A DNA stretch of 64,000 bases, taken from contig JALGVJ010000017.1 of assembly GCA_029838195.1 (NCBI GenBank), positions 96,001 through 160,000 on the forward strand, given 5' to 3'. Made by a program: the position numbers and the translations under genes. Of this stretch, positions 61,337-64,000 are shown piece after piece. Under the pieces are notes generated by a model. The model saw nothing but the letters and a program-made list of their open reading frames with translations, did not search any database and was not told the DNA's origin. This DNA comes from Promethearchaeota archaeon (GTDB lineage Archaea > Asgardarchaeota > Lokiarchaeia > Sigyniarchaeales > SOKP01). Positions within the stretch are counted from its first letter, which is position 1. Each line of letters opens with the position of its first letter.

Positions 61337-62830
61337 ATGATCGTATTAAATACGAAAAAAGGAAAAATAAAAGGAATTCAAGAGGCAAATTATCAAGCAT
61401 TTTTGGGAATTCCTTATGCTAAAGCACCAACAGGAAAATTAAGGTTTCAAGAGCCTCAGCCCATGGAACCATGGGAGATTATTCGGGATTGCACGAAATT
61501 TGGACCAATAGCGCCTCAACATCAAGCTGACATGCCCCCCATCAATCAACCAGAGAGCGAAGATTGTCTTTATTTAAACGTGTGGACGCCTAAAGCTGAT
61601 GATCAATTAAGGCCTGTAATGGCATGGATTCACGGTGGGGCATTTTTAATTGGAGCGGGTTCTCGACCCCGGTTAAATGGAGCACGATTAGCTTCTTTTG
61701 GAGATGTTGTGGTGGTAACTTTTAATTATCGCTTGGGCAGCTTGGGTTTTCTTAATCTTCCTTGGATCCCTCCAAATTTAGGCATTCAAGATCAAATAGC
61801 TGCGCTTAAGTGGATTAAAGAAAATATTAAGGTATTTGGTGGAGATCCGAATAACATCACTATTTTTGGAGAGTCGGCGGGAGGAGGATCCGTTTCAATC
61901 TTGCTTGCAATACCTCCTGCAAGGGGATTATTTCACCGTGCCATCATGGAAAGTGGTGTTGCCTCTCCATTAGATTATGAACCCGAATCAGCGAAGAAGG
62001 GTGCTGAAAAATTCATTTCGAAATTAGGATTTTCGGGAGAAAATATTGAGGAATTGCAAGCTATTCAGCTGAAAAAGATCATTAGAACTCAGAAAAAAAT
62101 AGCGGGATTAATAGGGCTTTCTTTTAGTAATCCATTCCGACCATGTGTAGATGGTAAAATAATTCCGGAACATCCCTTAGAATTAATTAGAAAAGGAAAA
62201 GCAAGTAAAGTTCCGATCATCATTGGAACAAATCTCAACGAAGCCAGCTTTATTAATGCCTTTTTTACCATGGCAACTGATGATAGCAAGACTAAAAATT
62301 TAAATGCCACGCTAAAAGATGGAATCAAAGCACTTGGGCTTAAAGAAAAAGCTATAGACAAGCTAATTGCTATTTATGAAAAAACAGCTCGAGAAAAATA
62401 TCCCTCTAAACCATTCAAGTATTGGGAAATGCTGATCACGGATTTAATGTTTCGTATTCCTTCTATTCGGCAATTAGAAGCATTTATTCAGCACCATCCG
62501 GATGCCTATTGTTATTTATTCACGATGGGAGCTTCCAAGGATGGGAATGCTTTTCATACCGTTGAAATTCCTTTTGTTTTTGGAAACCTCGATTCAAAGG
62601 ATATGAACGAAAATTTCGTGGGTACTGGAGAAAGTGCCAAAAAATTATCTGAAATCATAATGAGAACTTGGACCTCATTTGCACGAAAGGGGAACCCCAA
62701 TCATGAAGAATTACCTAAATGGCCTTCTTATGACCTTCAAGATCGTGCGACCATGATTTTTGATGCTTCTCCTCGGGTGGAGAATGCTCCCTTGGATGAA
62801 TTAAGAAAGGTGTGGGATGGGATACTATAG
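61337..62830 (+). CDS. Type-B carboxylesterase (PnbA-like)
   Basis: 'FLGIPYA', SEDCLYLNVW, HGGAF, FGESAG, catalytic E (NE) and H (AFH..E). Confidence 0.93.
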   Translation: MIVLNTKKGKIKGIQEANYQAFLGIPYAKAPTGKLRFQEPQPMEPWEIIRDCTKFGPIAPQHQADMPPINQPESEDCLYLNVWTPKADDQLRPVMAWIHGGAFLIGAGSRPRLNGARLASFGDVVVVTFNYRLGSLGFLNLPWIPPNLGIQDQIAALKWIKENIKVFGGDPNNITIFGESAGGGSVSILLAIPPARGLFHRAIMESGVASPLDYEPESAKKGAEKFISKLGFSGENIEELQAIQLKKIIRTQKKIAGLIGLSFSNPFRPCVDGKIIPEHPLELIRKGKASKVPIIIGTNLNEASFINAFFTMATDDSKTKNLNATLKDGIKALGLKEKAIDKLIAIYEKTAREKYPSKPFKYWEMLITDLMFRIPSIRQLEAFIQHHPDAYCYLFTMGASKDGNAFHTVEIPFVFGNLDSKDMNENFVGTGESAKKLSEIIMRTWTSFARKGNPNHEELPKWPSYDLQDRATMIFDASPRVENAPLDELRKVWDGIL

Positions 62831-62981
62831 TTTCCTTTTTCCTTCACTTGTTTTTTTATTTTTCATGTTTATTTGCTTGAAATATAGCAAAATGAAATAT
62901 ATTTATTTTTTATCAAATAATTACCACCTAATTTTATAGTTTCTCTTAACTCATATTAAAAGAAAGGAAGGGATTAAAGAA

Positions 62982-64000
62982 TTAAGCAAGTAGCAGATTC
63001 CAATCTAATGCCTTGTCAAGAATGTCCAATATCAAGTTTATTTCCTTTTCTTGAATACTGGGTTTTATTCTCATGAGATTTCTCATGGTCGTATACGTAT
63101 CAGAAGGCGAAAGAATTATGGGAATACCTCGTTCATTAGCCGCAGTTATAACTTTAATGTCTGGCTGGATAAAACCAGTTAAAATTAAACAAGAAATATC
63201 TTCATTAATAGCAGCTAAAATAAGATCTGAGCGATCTCCACCAGTTATGAATGCTGCTCGCTTGACTTGTCTTAGATATTTCAAAGCACTTTGAGTATTC
63301 ATCGCTCCTATTATGTATGTTTCAACTAAATCATCTAAGCTTTCTGAAGTGATTTCATTAATTAATTCTCCTCCGATTGCTTCCATTATTTCTAAAACTC
63401 TTGGAGAAAATAACTCTAAGCTTTTTTCTATAATTCCAATAATAGGAATGTTATATTTTTTAATATGGTTAATTTCTAATTCTTTAATGCGAGCAATGTA
63501 ATCATGGTCAATTTTATTAAAAATAATCCCTTTAATACCAATTTTTCGATAATCAAAATATTTTTTGGTAAAAAACAAGTTGTCTATACATTTGTCGCTT
63601 GATTCCGTTTCCACGTATATAACCTCTTGCAAGTCAAGAGATTGAGCTATCGTGATGTCATCTAGGCCTACTCTAATGAATTTTTTAATGGTCGGTGCTC
63701 CTTCAATTATAACGTAATCTACATCTTTTGAAATGGTATTATAAGCTTGTTTGATAAGTTCTAAATATTCTATTTTTTTTCTTTGATCTACTAAATCTAT
63801 ATAATAACAATCAGGAATTGAAACGGGAGAATGAAGATCATAAGGAAATCTAGATTGATCTATACATGTTTTTTGGATAAAACCAACATCTCTATCAGCT
63901 TTAGCAGAATAGGCGCTTGCGGGAATCCCAATTGGTTTAAAATAAATCGCCTTTTTGTTTTCCATTTTCAATTTTTGTAAAATGCCAATTGACAGAAAAC
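62982..64000 (-). CDS. Phosphotransacetylase N-terminal (BioD-like/DRTGG) family protein, 5' end outside the window
   Basis: 'YFKPIG', 'VIIEG', 'IGAM', 'ITGGDRSD', 'ILTG'; frame open to the edge. Confidence 0.85.
   Translation of the reverse strand, partial: FLSIGILQKLKMENKKAIYFKPIGIPASAYSAKADRDVGFIQKTCIDQSRFPYDLHSPVSIPDCYYIDLVDQRKKIEYLELIKQAYNTISKDVDYVIIEGAPTIKKFIRVGLDDITIAQSLDLQEVIYVETESSDKCIDNLFFTKKYFDYRKIGIKGIIFNKIDHDYIARIKELEINHIKKYNIPIIGIIEKSLELFSPRVLEIMEAIGGELINEITSESLDDLVETYIIGAMNTQSALKYLRQVKRAAFITGGDRSDLILAAINEDISCLILTGFIQPDIKVITAANERGIPIILSPSDTYTTMRNLMRIKPSIQEKEINLILDILDKALDWNLLLA

Noticed and set aside
1091-63501. Many short antisense or overlapping ORFs in the six-frame track (e.g. 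1868-2287, 2663-3070, 25299-25712, 41055-41480, 55688-56038)
   Set aside because: Shadow frames of well-supported genes on the opposite strand, with no recognisable motifs
1-64000. CRISPR array, rRNA/tRNA genes, transposase, integrase or defence island
   Set aside because: No regularly spaced repeats, cloverleafs or DDE/tyrosine/serine recombinase motifs seen by eye; the only defence-like items are two decayed TA modules

Overview
AT-rich archaeal DNA, most consistent with an Asgard archaeon (Lokiarchaeia/Promethearchaeota). This is inferred from the fwd-like operon, a longin-like protein, an expanded family of stand-alone 7TM proteins and oligo-T gene ends. No rRNA, tRNA, CRISPR array or intact transposase/integrase was recognised. 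Main contents: (1) a non-pyrrolysine MttB-family methyltransferase beside a divergent fwd(H-like)-B-D-A operon that has lost several catalytic residues. (2) A 15.5-kb block bounded by ~93%-identical 253-bp direct repeats of the osmC 3' end (14501-14753 / 30001-30253). It holds two sulfatases, two intact and one broken cytoplasmic QueG/RdhA-family B12/FeS reductases, a FATP-type acyl-CoA synthetase, an MFS transporter and two wHTH-V4R-like regulators. An 11-bp pseudo-palindrome (GTGATAATCAC) occurs in all three of its divergent promoters. This is the best candidate for an undescribed system: a regulon for breaking down sulfated, possibly halogenated, lipid-like compounds. (3) Four paralogous 7TM proteins with a conserved TM6 acid / TM7 Arg pair. 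(4) APC permease, D-aminoacylase and opine dehydrogenase. (5) MoxR-VWA split by a toxin-antitoxin remnant, next to a haloalkane dehalogenase. (6) A lipid-salvage-like cluster: thiolase, HMGS-like-DUF35 fusion, DagK, acyl-CoA ligase, GPH transporter, carboxylesterase. (7) Two GC-rich candidate structured RNAs and about a dozen pseudogene fragments. All family calls come from manual motif recognition; no searches were run.
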